Part shown: in pieces, positions 36,562 to 46,430 of the stretch
Layout: each line of letters opens with the position of its first letter
Position numbering within the stretch: position 1 is the stretch's first letter
Origin: an uncultured bacterium
GTDB lineage: Bacteria > Armatimonadota > Hebobacteria > CAIYQO01
Direction of reading: 5' to 3'
Length of the DNA stretch: 64,000 bases
NCBI GenBank assembly: GCA_964590255.1
Contig: CAZPYA010000006.1
Coordinates: forward strand, 7,362-71,361
Made by a program: the position numbers and the translations under genes
Notes under the pieces: model-generated
What the model was told of the DNA's origin: nothing
What the model saw: only the letters and a program-made list of their open reading frames with translations
The model's database searches: none

Positions 36562-38241
36562 ATGCTCCGCTTCCGCATGCTTGCCGCCGTCATCGCCGTG
36601 CTGTGTTTCGCCGCGGCATGGGCGCAGGGCACCAAACCATTCACCCTGCAAGCCGGGAAATCCGGCACCTTTACCACCGTCATCTACGCCGCCGGCACGT
36701 TGAAGGTGACGCTGGAGACACGCGCCGCCTGCAAGGTGGTGGTGATGGATCACCTGAAGCGCGTGCTGCTGGAAAACGCCAAAGTGACCGGGCCGAACGC
36801 GGAGATCCTCGTGCCGGTGACGAACGCGCTGGTAGGCCATCGCGTCGTCATCCGCCTGCTGCCGCTGGACACGAAAGTCGCCGCGGCCGGCAAAATCGCG
36901 GTGACCGGCCCGCCGATAGTCCCGCCGAAGGCGCGCATCACCGCGAAGCAGACGCCGCAAACGGTCGCGAAGGCGAAAGCGCTGCTGGTGAAGATGCAGA
37001 CGAAGATCCTCGAGCAAATTCGCAAAGACGAGCAAGCCCGCCAGACGCTGCTGGCGCAGCAGGCCTCGACGGTGCGGGCGAAGCTGACGTCACTGGCCAC
37101 GGCGCGCACCGCCGCCGCCCTGCGCCAGTATGGGCAAATCACCAACCCCGGCATGGTGGCGGGCACGACTCAGGGGAACAATGAAACGCCGGCGAGCGTG
37201 CCCACGCCCACGCTCACCCGCGCCTCACGCACAGAAGCCGCGCCAAACGACTGGATCACCCTGACCGGCACGAACTTCTCCGCCAGTTGCGGCGTGCGCT
37301 GCGAGGTAGGCGCGAACAACGTAGTGAATTCCCCGGAAGTGCGCTTCCGCGGCGTGACGGAGATCAGCTTCCGTGTGCCGGACTTCACCATCGCCCAATC
37401 CACCGCGACCGGGCGCGTCAGCGTCTACGCGCCGGCACCGGGCAATCGCACCCTCACCAGCACGGCGCTGACCTTCACGTTCAAGCAGGCGGTGCCGACA
37501 TTGGCCACCGCAATGAATGCGGACAGCAAGGCGGAAGGCGAGCCGGGCACCACCCTGCTCATCACCGGCACCGGCTTCACCGGCAATACAGAAATTCATT
37601 GCCAAATCGATGCCACCCGCGACCTGGTGGCGATGCCCATGACCGGCAGCACCGCCACGGAGATCATCACCGTCATCCCGAATTTCGAGGGGATCGCCAG
37701 CGCGACCGACGGCTTCATCTACCTGAAGTACGGCGCCAACCAGACCGCGCGCAGACCCTTCACCTATAAGCCGCAGATCGTCACCCTGTATGCGAATGGC
37801 CGCGTCAACAGCGTTGACCTGCTCGCGCTGCCGGGCACGCATAACCTGACGGCCATCGCCACCTCGGATACCGTGTATGGCGGCATGCCGGATGGCAGTG
37901 CCGGCGGCATGTGCGTCTTCCACGACATTCCCAACTCGTCTCCCGACGATTTGTCATTAGAAGATATCGTGACGGAACTCCTCGGCACGGTCACGTATGA
38001 CGATGTCCTCTTCGACGGCGGCGCGCTCATCAATAACTGGATACTCGACGGCATCACGCTCACCAAAGAGCATGACGAGGATATCATTAGCATCAAGGAA
38101 AGTCATCCCGGCACCAGCAACCTGCGCATCGTGACCGGGTGGGATTCCTGGAACGGCTCGCGCGGCGGCGAGACGCGCCCCTTCCTCTACGGCATCAACT
38201 TCATTTTGAAAGGCCCCAAAGGCACCGCCTACAAAAACTGA
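36562..38241 (+). CDS. Secreted protein with IPT/TIG-like domains (559 aa)
   Basis: Signal peptide MLRFRMLAAVIAVLCFAAAWAQG. ..WITLTGTNFSASCGVRCEVG.. and ..GTTLLITGTGFTGNTEIHCQI.. are IPT/TIG-like. Confidence 0.8.
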   Translation: MLRFRMLAAVIAVLCFAAAWAQGTKPFTLQAGKSGTFTTVIYAAGTLKVTLETRAACKVVVMDHLKRVLLENAKVTGPNAEILVPVTNALVGHRVVIRLLPLDTKVAAAGKIAVTGPPIVPPKARITAKQTPQTVAKAKALLVKMQTKILEQIRKDEQARQTLLAQQASTVRAKLTSLATARTAAALRQYGQITNPGMVAGTTQGNNETPASVPTPTLTRASRTEAAPNDWITLTGTNFSASCGVRCEVGANNVVNSPEVRFRGVTEISFRVPDFTIAQSTATGRVSVYAPAPGNRTLTSTALTFTFKQAVPTLATAMNADSKAEGEPGTTLLITGTGFTGNTEIHCQIDATRDLVAMPMTGSTATEIITVIPNFEGIASATDGFIYLKYGANQTARRPFTYKPQIVTLYANGRVNSVDLLALPGTHNLTAIATSDTVYGGMPDGSAGGMCVFHDIPNSSPDDLSLEDIVTELLGTVTYDDVLFDGGALINNWILDGITLTKEHDEDIISIKESHPGTSNLRIVTGWDSWNGSRGGETRPFLYGINFILKGPKGTAYKN

Positions 38242-38393
38242 TGCCCGCCGCCGTCACCCCGCAGCGGCGCCGTGTTTCCGTCGGAAGCACGGCGCCTGCG
38301 CGTGTCCGGCCACCGTCGTCGCGCCTTGTCCCATCTTCGTCCCGCACTTCCCGAGTCACCGCTGTATAGTGGACGCACAGGGAGGACAGCCGC

Positions 38394-39563
38394 ATGGAGG
38401 AATTCATTCCGTTTTCGCCGCCGTGCATCGGCGAGGAGGAGATCGCGGAGGTGGCGGATACGCTGCGCTCGGACTGGATTACCACCGGGCCGAAGACACG
38501 GGCGTTCGAGGGACAGTTCGCCGACTACCTGGGCGCGCCGGGGGCGCTGGCGCTGAACTCCTGCACCGCCGGGCTGCATGTGGCACTGGCGGCGCTGGGC
38601 ATCGGGCCGGGCGACGAGGTCATCACCACGCCGATGACCTTCGCGGCGACGGTGAACGTCATCGAGCAAGTGGGGGCGACGCCGGTGCTGGCGGACGTGG
38701 AGCCGGACACGCTGAACCTGGACCCGGCGGCGGCGGCGGCGGCCATATCCCCGCGCACGAAGGCGCTGCTGCCGGTACACTACAGCGGTCATCCGGCGGA
38801 GATGGACGCGCTGCGCGCGTTGGCCGATCGCCACGGCCTGGCGCTCATCGAGGACGCCGCCCACGCCATCCCCGCGCGCTACAAAGGCCGACTCGTCGGC
38901 AGCGGCGGTAATCCCGTCGCCTTCAGCTTCTATGCGACGAAAAACCTCACCACCGCCGAGGGCGGCATGCTCACCGGCGACCCCGATTTCCTTGACCAGG
39001 CGCGCATCTACAGCCTGCACGGCATGAGCCGCGACGCCTGGAACCGCTATGGCAAAGGGGGGAGCTGGTATTACGAGATCGTTTGCCCCGGCTTCAAATA
39101 TAATATGACCGATCTGCAGGCGGCGCTGGGCTTGCGGCAGTTGCAGAAGCTGGCGGGGTTCCAGCGACGCCGGCGCGCAGTCGCGGCGGCCTATACCGCG
39201 GCGTTTCGCGACGTCGAGGAGCTGCAGACGCCCGTCGAGCGCGCCGAGGTAGAGCACGCCTGGCACCTCTATGTGCTGCGCCTGCATCCCGGGGCGGAGC
39301 TGACCCGTGACGACCTCATCAGCGAGTTAACAGCGCGCAACATCGGCGCCTCGGTGCATTTCATCCCCATCCACCTGCACCCCTACTATCGCGACAAATA
39401 CGGCTATCAACCAGAAGATTATCCGGTGGCGTACGATAACTACACGCGCATGCTCAGCCTCCCACTGAGCCCGCGCCTGAGCGACGCGCAGCAGGCGCGC
39501 GTCATCGATACGGTGCTGGATAGTGTCATGGCGCGTCAGGCGCCGCTGCGGAAGGCGGCGTAA
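38394..39563 (+). CDS. DegT/DnrJ/EryC1/StrS family aminotransferase (ArnB/PglE-like)
   Basis: ..IGEEEIAEVADTLRSDWITTGPKTRAFE..NSCTAGLHVAL..FSFYATKNLTTAEGGMLTG.. Confidence 0.9.
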   Translation: MEEFIPFSPPCIGEEEIAEVADTLRSDWITTGPKTRAFEGQFADYLGAPGALALNSCTAGLHVALAALGIGPGDEVITTPMTFAATVNVIEQVGATPVLADVEPDTLNLDPAAAAAAISPRTKALLPVHYSGHPAEMDALRALADRHGLALIEDAAHAIPARYKGRLVGSGGNPVAFSFYATKNLTTAEGGMLTGDPDFLDQARIYSLHGMSRDAWNRYGKGGSWYYEIVCPGFKYNMTDLQAALGLRQLQKLAGFQRRRRAVAAAYTAAFRDVEELQTPVERAEVEHAWHLYVLRLHPGAELTRDDLISELTARNIGASVHFIPIHLHPYYRDKYGYQPEDYPVAYDNYTRMLSLPLSPRLSDAQQARVIDTVLDSVMARQAPLRKAA

Positions 39564-39603
39564 TCGCCAGGCTCGCGGTGGGGTTTCCGCGGGAGGCATT
39601 CTC

Positions 39604-39612
39604 TGGTATATT
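39604..39612 (+). promoter_or_regulatory. Extended -10 element (TGgTATATT), 9 nt before the ATG at 39622
   Basis: The spacing implies a near-leaderless transcript. Alternatively the gene is co-transcribed with the upstream DegT gene. Confidence 0.35.
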
Positions 39613-39621
39613 AGTCAGGAG

Positions 39622-40059
39622 ATGCTTCTTCGCATATCCAGACAGCAGCACCTGCGCCACGCCGCCCTCCTGTGGGTGGCCGTCGGCCTCATGCTGTGCG
39701 TGCGCGGCTTCCTCTGGATTCACGCGGACGCCCATACGCGCGGCAAGCTCATCGTGCTGCTGCCGGTAGCGCTCATCCTCGGCCTGGCAAAAGGCTGGGC
39801 GATGCTGCGCAAGCCGGCAGCCAACGCCGTGGCGCGCATCTACCTGCTGGACACCCACACCCCCATCTGGCGCCTCTTCAGCGCCGCCACCTACCGCCTC
39901 ATCGGCTGCATGATTTTGCTAGGCGTCGTCGCGCGCTTCATCGGCGCCTACTACCACATCGGCGGCGCCATCGGCACCCTCTACGGCATCGTCGGCGTCG
40001 GCCTCATTACCGCCAGCTCCATCTACTGGCGGGCAGTGCCGGCGGTGCCGGCGACCTGA
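39622..40059 (+). CDS. Small 4-TM membrane protein, unknown function
   Basis: 145 aa with four hydrophobic helices. Start chosen at MLLRISRQQ; the upstream part of the ORF overlaps the DegT gene and is Arg-rich. Confidence 0.6.
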   Translation: MLLRISRQQHLRHAALLWVAVGLMLCVRGFLWIHADAHTRGKLIVLLPVALILGLAKGWAMLRKPAANAVARIYLLDTHTPIWRLFSAATYRLIGCMILLGVVARFIGAYYHIGGAIGTLYGIVGVGLITASSIYWRAVPAVPAT

Positions 40060-40110
40060 ACCTCGTCCGCGCAAAGGCAGATTCTGCTGTCTGCCTGGCG
40101 GGCGAGACTC

Positions 40111-40260
40111 CCAATACCGTTCAAATAAGCCTGCTGCGTGTGGCGAACCAGCCTCCTACGCCGTCTTTTTTCCTCATCACTCCCCCCTCCCCACGTAGGG
40201 GAGGGGGCTGGGGGAGAGGTTATACGGGGTGGTCGAGAGCCCTTATTTGAATGGCATTGG
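40111..40260 (-). mobile_element. MITE-like element, copy 3 (150 bp)
   Basis: Termini CCAATACCGTTCAAATAAG / CTTATTTGAATGGCATTGG. Flanking 9-mers are GCGAGACTC / GCGAGACAC. Confidence 0.8.
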
Positions 40261-40445
40261 GCGAGACACCGTCGAGCCCGCACCCCGCCGCGGTTGTCGA
40301 GACCGCTGTCCTTGTGCGAGTCGGTCATGCTGGCCAGGCGTTCTGCGGCGCGGTGGCGATCGCGCACCGCGCCGGACCAGAGGGCAGTTTCGTATCCGGT
40401 ACGAATAACCCCCGGCGTATTTGCCCGCCAATCGCTGACCTGTTA

Positions 40446-40454
40446 TGCTATACT
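40446..40454 (+). promoter_or_regulatory. Extended -10 promoter (TGcTATACT)
   Basis: About 63 nt upstream of the ATG at 40517. Confidence 0.45.
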
Positions 40455-40516
40455 TCATACGCCACCGTGCCCATCTACAAAGGCGGACAATGACCGCATC
40501 TGTAAAGGAGTGCCCC

Positions 40517-43500
40517 ATGCGCTGCCTCATTCTGCTATTGTTCCTGCTCGGTCTCGCCGCGGGCGCCCAGGAGCGCCTCATCCTCGACATTACCGACGTG
40601 CAGACGGCCGTGCTCGATCCGGTGGAGTGGGACACTTCGCTGCCTGACGAGCTGTATTTCGACGCTATCCGCCCGCTGCTGGTGCGCTTTCCGGGCAGCG
40701 CCGAGTACATCTACGCGAAGCTGAAAGACGGCTACCGCGTCGAGAAAGCCGAGTTGGTGCTGGAGTGGGTCAGGCAGGAGGTAGAGGACGCGGAGCGCGG
40801 ACGGCACAACTGGGGTGCGAACGAGCTGTATAAGGCCAATCCCGGCCAGTGGCATGTGCTGGTGCGCCCGCTGCGCAAGGCGTGGAGCACCGGCGACCCG
40901 AAGCTGGCGCCTACCTTCAACGCCGCGGTGAAAGGCGCCGTCTACTGGGGCCTGGGCGGCGGCCGCGCGGCCGACGACCGCGGACCGGACACCTTTGGCC
41001 CCGTGCCGCTGTATCCCGCGCCGAAGCCGGCGAAGCCGGTGTCGACCGACCCGGAGAAAACCACCGACCTGGAGCCGCTACCGGAAGATACCACCCGCAT
41101 CGCCCGGCTGGACGTGACGAACACGCTGACCAACCCCGCCTACGGCGCGGAGATCGGCGCCCGCCTGCGCGCGCTGGAGTCGTGCGGCTTCCAGATATAC
41201 AAGCAGGAAACCCGCGACATGAAATACCGCTCGTTCTGGGCGTATGACTGGGCGGTGGGCATTGCCTATCTGAAAATATGGGTGAAGACGCCGCGACTGC
41301 TGGTGACGCTGGTGAAAGATCCCACCGCCAAGGCCGGCGTGCTGCCACCGGCGATAGACATCGCCACGTTGGCCACGAAAGGCGTGCAGGGCGCGCCCAC
41401 CATCGCCGTCCCCGCCGACCTCGCCCAGCGCGCGGTGACACACCTGGCCCGTCCGGCGGGCATCCCCGACTGGCAATGGGCGCGTATCCAGGAGCTGCGG
41501 GCGCTGGGGGGCGACCCGAAAGACGTCGTCCTCTACCTGGGCCGCGGCTATAACTTCAACACCCTCTTCGCCGGTGATGCCGACGCCTACCTTGCGTCGA
41601 TGCGCGAGCTGCTGCGCATGCCCCCGCGCTACTGGCAAGGCCATCAAACCTCCGACTTCGCCATCCTCGCCTACGGCTACCGCGACCTGCTGCCCCCGGC
41701 GGTGGTTGATCACCTGCGTATCTACTGGGACAGTTGGCTGCACCCCGAGGTGCCGAACCGTAACGACATCGGCGGCGGCAACCAGCGCGGCGGCCCCAGC
41801 TACTTCCGCGGCTACTCCCACGGCGGCGGCACCATGAATTTCGGCCATAATGCCACCATGGGCGCCTACCTCGCCGGCCAGTTCCTGGGGGCGCCCAACA
41901 TCCTCAAGGACGCGCGCGAGGGCATCAACAACATCGCCCGCGGCGGCTTCGGCTTCGGCACCGGCGCCCACCAGGAAATCGGCGACACCTACTACCAGGC
42001 GCTGTCGGTGGCGGCGGCGGGCGCGGTGGCGAAGTGGGCGGAAGACCCGGTGGACCGCCTGCGCGGCCGCATCTGGCGCGACCGCCTGCTGGAACCGCTG
42101 ATATCCATGTATCACCCCGGCCTGCGTCGCATGACCCACCCCATGGGCCGCGGCAGTTATGCCTACCATATTCTGCTGCAGGAAGGACCGTACCATATCC
42201 TGCACACCCTCTCGCCCAGCGGCGCGCTGATGAACCTGGCCGACCTGAAACCGGGACGCAAGGACATCCCCGCCACCTGGGGCAAGGTGCATAACCTGTC
42301 CATCCTCGGCGACGAAGCGCCACCCATGCGCATCGGCCTGCTGGCGCCGTGGACCGAGCCGTACCTGGCGGAGAGCTACGCCGCCATTGTCGACCGCAAG
42401 GCGCTGCCCGCCCGCGTCTTCGCGCTGGACTACTCGCCCGGCTGCCGGGGCGGCGGCTGGCATGTGAACTACCTGGCCAATCACTACGCGCTGGCCTCCC
42501 GCGACAACGCCAACCACGACTACGGCGTCACTTCCGTCGTCGCTCACTGGCGCCGCGCGCCAGAGCAGGTGAAAAGCGTCGACGCCCTCACCACCGCCAT
42601 TCTCGGCTTCGAGCGCAACGCCTGCTTCATGGCGGAGGGGAACAGCGTGGCGGAATTCGGCATCGTGCAGCGCGACAACAAGCTCATCGCCCTGAAAGCC
42701 GTGCCGGCCCGCGACCGTTTCGAGGTGAAATCGATTCCCGTGCATGCCCTGCAGAGCACCATGGCCATCATCAGCTTCGGCGACGTGTCCCAGCGCGAGG
42801 TGTGGGTGAACGACCAGAAAATCCCCGAGGTGTCCGGGGCGAAAACCGATCCAGGCGGCGCGTGGCAGACGCGCATGACCGCCGGCATGCCGTTGCCGAA
42901 ACACCCCGCTGCCGACGACCCCGACGCCAACCCGGACGAGGTGGTCATCCCCGCGGGAAACACCCCAACGAAGAGCGTGGTCGCCGCGAAGGACGGCGAC
43001 ATCATCACCATCAAGGACGGCGTCAGCTATCTGGGTCTCATCCCCATCGCCGTCAACCCGTTGGAGCGCGACCGACAGGTGGAGATCAGCTACGAATATC
43101 CGGCACTCTTCGTGCACACCTTCCTCTTCCGCGGCGCCAAACCGCTGAACCTGGACCGCTACTTCAACGCCGACCCGAAAGCCACCGCCGGCTTCGTTGT
43201 CGAGATGGGCGACGCCACCGAATACCCCACCTTCGAGGCCTTCCGCAAGCACATGCGCGCGGTGAAGCTGTCTGTCGCCTGGAACGCCGAGAAGAAATGC
43301 GCCGAGGTCAACTACGCCAGCGGGCAGGACACGCTGGAGATGGCCTTCGATCCTGGCCGCTACCCCGCCGTATCCCGCAAGGTGAATGGCCAGTGGCCCT
43401 ATTTGCCCACCGGCATCCTGCGCGAGTCGTCGTGGGCTATTCAAGGCGCCACCGGCAAGCTGGAGAAGGGCGGCGCCGTGCTGGAAACACAGCCCAACCG

Positions 43501-43831
43501 CCACGCCTACCTGGAAGCCGTGCCCGCCGCCGACACCTACATCGCCTATAATCCCATGCCCGAGCCGATGCCGTGGAAGCTCACCGTCCCCGGCAACGTC
43601 ATCGTGCAGGCCAATGGCAAACTCGGCCTCGCCCGCGTCACCGTCATGCCCAAAGCCGGCCGCCTCTACATCGACACCGCCTGGCAACCGGGCCAGCAAT
43701 CCGCCGACACCGACACCGCCCTCCACGTCTTCGGTCTCCCGAAGGCGCCGGTGGTGATGCTCAACGATACGCCGGTGGTCGCGCAGGAGGTGACCGTCGA
43801 TGGGGTGAAAGGGTATGCGGTGGCGCTATAA
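40517..43831 (+). CDS. Very large secreted protein (1104 aa), unknown function
   Basis: AAGGAG SD 6 nt upstream. Signal peptide MRCLILLLFLLGLAAGAQ. No motif I can assign; the central part looks helical-repeat/toroid-like. Confidence 0.8.
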   Translation: MRCLILLLFLLGLAAGAQERLILDITDVQTAVLDPVEWDTSLPDELYFDAIRPLLVRFPGSAEYIYAKLKDGYRVEKAELVLEWVRQEVEDAERGRHNWGANELYKANPGQWHVLVRPLRKAWSTGDPKLAPTFNAAVKGAVYWGLGGGRAADDRGPDTFGPVPLYPAPKPAKPVSTDPEKTTDLEPLPEDTTRIARLDVTNTLTNPAYGAEIGARLRALESCGFQIYKQETRDMKYRSFWAYDWAVGIAYLKIWVKTPRLLVTLVKDPTAKAGVLPPAIDIATLATKGVQGAPTIAVPADLAQRAVTHLARPAGIPDWQWARIQELRALGGDPKDVVLYLGRGYNFNTLFAGDADAYLASMRELLRMPPRYWQGHQTSDFAILAYGYRDLLPPAVVDHLRIYWDSWLHPEVPNRNDIGGGNQRGGPSYFRGYSHGGGTMNFGHNATMGAYLAGQFLGAPNILKDAREGINNIARGGFGFGTGAHQEIGDTYYQALSVAAAGAVAKWAEDPVDRLRGRIWRDRLLEPLISMYHPGLRRMTHPMGRGSYAYHILLQEGPYHILHTLSPSGALMNLADLKPGRKDIPATWGKVHNLSILGDEAPPMRIGLLAPWTEPYLAESYAAIVDRKALPARVFALDYSPGCRGGGWHVNYLANHYALASRDNANHDYGVTSVVAHWRRAPEQVKSVDALTTAILGFERNACFMAEGNSVAEFGIVQRDNKLIALKAVPARDRFEVKSIPVHALQSTMAIISFGDVSQREVWVNDQKIPEVSGAKTDPGGAWQTRMTAGMPLPKHPAADDPDANPDEVVIPAGNTPTKSVVAAKDGDIITIKDGVSYLGLIPIAVNPLERDRQVEISYEYPALFVHTFLFRGAKPLNLDRYFNADPKATAGFVVEMGDATEYPTFEAFRKHMRAVKLSVAWNAEKKCAEVNYASGQDTLEMAFDPGRYPAVSRKVNGQWPYLPTGILRESSWAIQGATGKLEKGGAVLETQPNRHAYLEAVPAADTYIAYNPMPEPMPWKLTVPGNVIVQANGKLGLARVTVMPKAGRLYIDTAWQPGQQSADTDTALHVFGLPKAPVVMLNDTPVVAQEVTVDGVKGYAVAL

Positions 43832-43882
43832 CGCCTGGTGTATGAATAGTCACCATCTGGAACAGGGCGGGAGTAGAAGAGC

Positions 43883-43946
43883 AGGTCTTTCGCTTCACCC
43901 CCCTCCCCCAGGATTGGGCGAGGGGGCAGGGGGGGTGAGGGCCGAA
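43883..43946. repeat. GC-rich hairpin repeat, type B copy truncated at the right end
   Basis: AGGTCTTTCGCTTCACCCCCCCTCCCCCAGGATTGGGCGAGGGGGCAGGGGGGGTGAGGGCCGAA. Abuts the stop codon of the gene at 43947. Confidence 0.8.
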
Positions 43947-46268
43947 CTATCGCTTTCCTACCGCGTCCAACCGGAATACGCGCGTCTCCGGCGCCAGCAG
44001 GGTGAAGCGAATCTGCTTCGCCTGCTTCGCGACAAGCTTGCCGGTCACCACGTCGTAGACGTTGAACGTGCCCGGCAGGGCAATCGTCTTCGGCCCGCTC
44101 TGCAGCGAGTGCAGGGCGACGATGGTGGTATCCGCCAGCAGGATATTCCCGCCGGTGTCATACACGTGGGCGCCGCCGAAGCGGGCCAAATTCCGCCACA
44201 AGTCCGCCGGGAAGGGGATGGCGTGGGAGAACACCGCGGCGTAGTCGCCGGCGCCCAGCGGCTCTTTGCCCGTATAGGCGCCGCGCGCGCCTTTGCCGAA
44301 GGCCTTCACCGCCAGGCCGGTGTTATAGCGGCCCAGCTTCGTCCACGCGCTGCCGAGGGGCTGGCCGTCCGTCGGGAAGAGCAGCGGGCCATAGGAGAGC
44401 GGCCCGCCGAGCACGGTATCCGCGCTCAGTCCCTGCGTGACGGGATGGGTGAAATCGGAGAGCAACACGCGGTGCGGGTAATTCACCGGCAGCATCTCCA
44501 TTTTAAAGCCGGTCAGCTTTTCCGCGTTGGCGGCGCTGACCGTTGTGCCGTCGCTGATACCTGACCCCGGCCCCCACACCACCACATTGCCGTCGCGGAA
44601 GACCTTCTCCTGGAGCAGTTTCAGCCGCGCGTCGTCCACCTTGAAGAGGTTCGGGAAGTAGAACACCGCGTGCTTCGGGAAGTTGGGCAGCGCCAGGTCT
44701 TCCAGCAGGTAGGTGCGGACGGGCACGCCGCAGCGCGCCAGGCCCTGTTTCATCTCCCACATCACCGCTTCGTTCAGATAGTTGCCGCTGCCGTTCGTCT
44801 CCAACGCGCACTGGTCGTCGATGATCAGGGCGATGCCCGGCACCGTCTCATGCTTCCAGTTCACCGCCTCCTTCAGCACCTGCACCTGCCGCTCGATAAC
44901 CGGGTGCATCTCCGGCGCGATGAACCAGTCGTTGGACAGGTCCATCCAGTAATACCAGAAGCCGCGGGTGAGCGCGGTGCCCAGGTTGCGCCAGGTGATC
45001 GCCTCGAATTCCTTCAGGTCGCGGGCGCGGCCATAGCCGTTGTATTTATCGGGGTAGGTGCGCTGGTCCATCTCGGCGATGAAGAGCTTGCCGCGCAGCA
45101 CGGCCGAGTCGACGATGCCCTCCGGCTCGAAGACGCCGCCGGCGCCGCGCGCCTGGTAGTCGTGCGGGGTGATGAGCCCGTCCATGTGCGTCAGGTCGAA
45201 GAGCGCGGCGGCGCGCAGGTTGCCCGAGCCGGCGCACAACTCCAGGTCGGCCAGCGCTCGCGGCGCATCCATCACAAAGAAGTCGTCGATATCCCACCCC
45301 TGCATCACCTGCTTCAGCGCGTCGTGAATGAGGAGGGCTGTGCGGCCGGGGGCCAGGCCGGCGCACATGGCCGTCTGCAGTTGCGCGAAGCGCTGGTAAT
45401 ACAGGTCGCGGGTCAGCTCTAGGTAGTCGCGCAGCGGGGCGTTGTCCGTGCCCGCCTGCCAGTACAGGTTCTTCGCCACTTCCGGCGTCTTCCCGCGCAG
45501 CTTGTCCTTCGGCACCGGCACGGTCGCCAGCGACGCGGTCTTGTCGCCCCAGGCGGCGCGCAGCGCGTCGTCGGTGCCGTATTTCGCCGTCAGGTAGGCG
45601 CGCCAGCGGGCGAGCATCAGCGGGCTGTGGTCAAACAGCCACCCGCCGATGGCCGGCTCGAAGGTGCCTTCGTTGCGGTGAAAATTCGCGTAACCGATGA
45701 CGCGGTTGGCCCACGGGCGGCTCTCGCAGTACTGGATGATGGCGGTACACAGCTTCGCCGCGTTGGCCCAGTAGTTGTCGGCGGCCATCGACGGCGCGCT
45801 GCCCGGAGCACCATCCTCGGTGACGAAATACTGCTCGGGGTGCAGCTTTTTCCAACTGTTCGGCTCGTATAGCCCGTAGCGGATGACGATATACGCGCCG
45901 GGGTCGAGTTTCAGCGCCAGCTCCACCGCGTCGTCGATGCCCTGGTAACCGCGCGGGTTCAGCTTGATCAGCGGCGTGCTGCTCACCTGGTCGCCCACCC
46001 AGAACTGCGTGCCGAAGAAATCGCCGTCCGCCACCGGCGGGCAGATGTAGTAGACGCCCATCTTATGCGGGGCGAAGCGCGGCAACTGCCGGTCGGTATA
46101 CGGCTTGTCCCACGCCATCGGGCTGTACCCCGGCAGCGCGTTCGGCACGCCGTCGATATACACGGTCGGCCGCCCGTTGCAGTCCTTCACCTCGACGACC
46201 GGGTATTTGGTCTGCGCGATGGCGGCGACAGCAAGCAGCGCAACAACGAACAATAACAGACGGGACAT
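43947..46268 (-). CDS. Secreted GH42-like glycoside hydrolase (773 aa), tentative
   Basis: Signal peptide MSRLLLFVVALLAVAAIAQ. ..ARWRAYLTAKYGTDDALRAAWGDKT.. and a C-terminal GATase1-like domain resemble GH42 beta-galactosidase architecture. Confidence 0.65.
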   Translation of the reverse strand: MSRLLLFVVALLAVAAIAQTKYPVVEVKDCNGRPTVYIDGVPNALPGYSPMAWDKPYTDRQLPRFAPHKMGVYYICPPVADGDFFGTQFWVGDQVSSTPLIKLNPRGYQGIDDAVELALKLDPGAYIVIRYGLYEPNSWKKLHPEQYFVTEDGAPGSAPSMAADNYWANAAKLCTAIIQYCESRPWANRVIGYANFHRNEGTFEPAIGGWLFDHSPLMLARWRAYLTAKYGTDDALRAAWGDKTASLATVPVPKDKLRGKTPEVAKNLYWQAGTDNAPLRDYLELTRDLYYQRFAQLQTAMCAGLAPGRTALLIHDALKQVMQGWDIDDFFVMDAPRALADLELCAGSGNLRAAALFDLTHMDGLITPHDYQARGAGGVFEPEGIVDSAVLRGKLFIAEMDQRTYPDKYNGYGRARDLKEFEAITWRNLGTALTRGFWYYWMDLSNDWFIAPEMHPVIERQVQVLKEAVNWKHETVPGIALIIDDQCALETNGSGNYLNEAVMWEMKQGLARCGVPVRTYLLEDLALPNFPKHAVFYFPNLFKVDDARLKLLQEKVFRDGNVVVWGPGSGISDGTTVSAANAEKLTGFKMEMLPVNYPHRVLLSDFTHPVTQGLSADTVLGGPLSYGPLLFPTDGQPLGSAWTKLGRYNTGLAVKAFGKGARGAYTGKEPLGAGDYAAVFSHAIPFPADLWRNLARFGGAHVYDTGGNILLADTTIVALHSLQSGPKTIALPGTFNVYDVVTGKLVAKQAKQIRFTLLAPETRVFRLDAVGKR

Positions 46269-46430
46269 AGGCACCTCGCGGGTAGATGATGCTGGATTAG
46301 ACACCGATCTTATCAGATGGTTATCAAACAAGAAGAAGCCATGTCATAATGCATAGGGGATTCCGGGCAAAGGCAATAAGAGCGGAAGGATTACATTTTT
46401 GGGAGCAGAGAAGATAAATAATTCTGCTCC

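Noticed and set aside
43858-43873. 16-nt exact match TGGAACAGGGCGGGAG, also present at 57357-57372.
   Set aside because: One copy is intergenic and the other is inside the nagA-like coding sequence. About one such chance match is expected in 64 kb of GC-biased sequence when both strands are compared.
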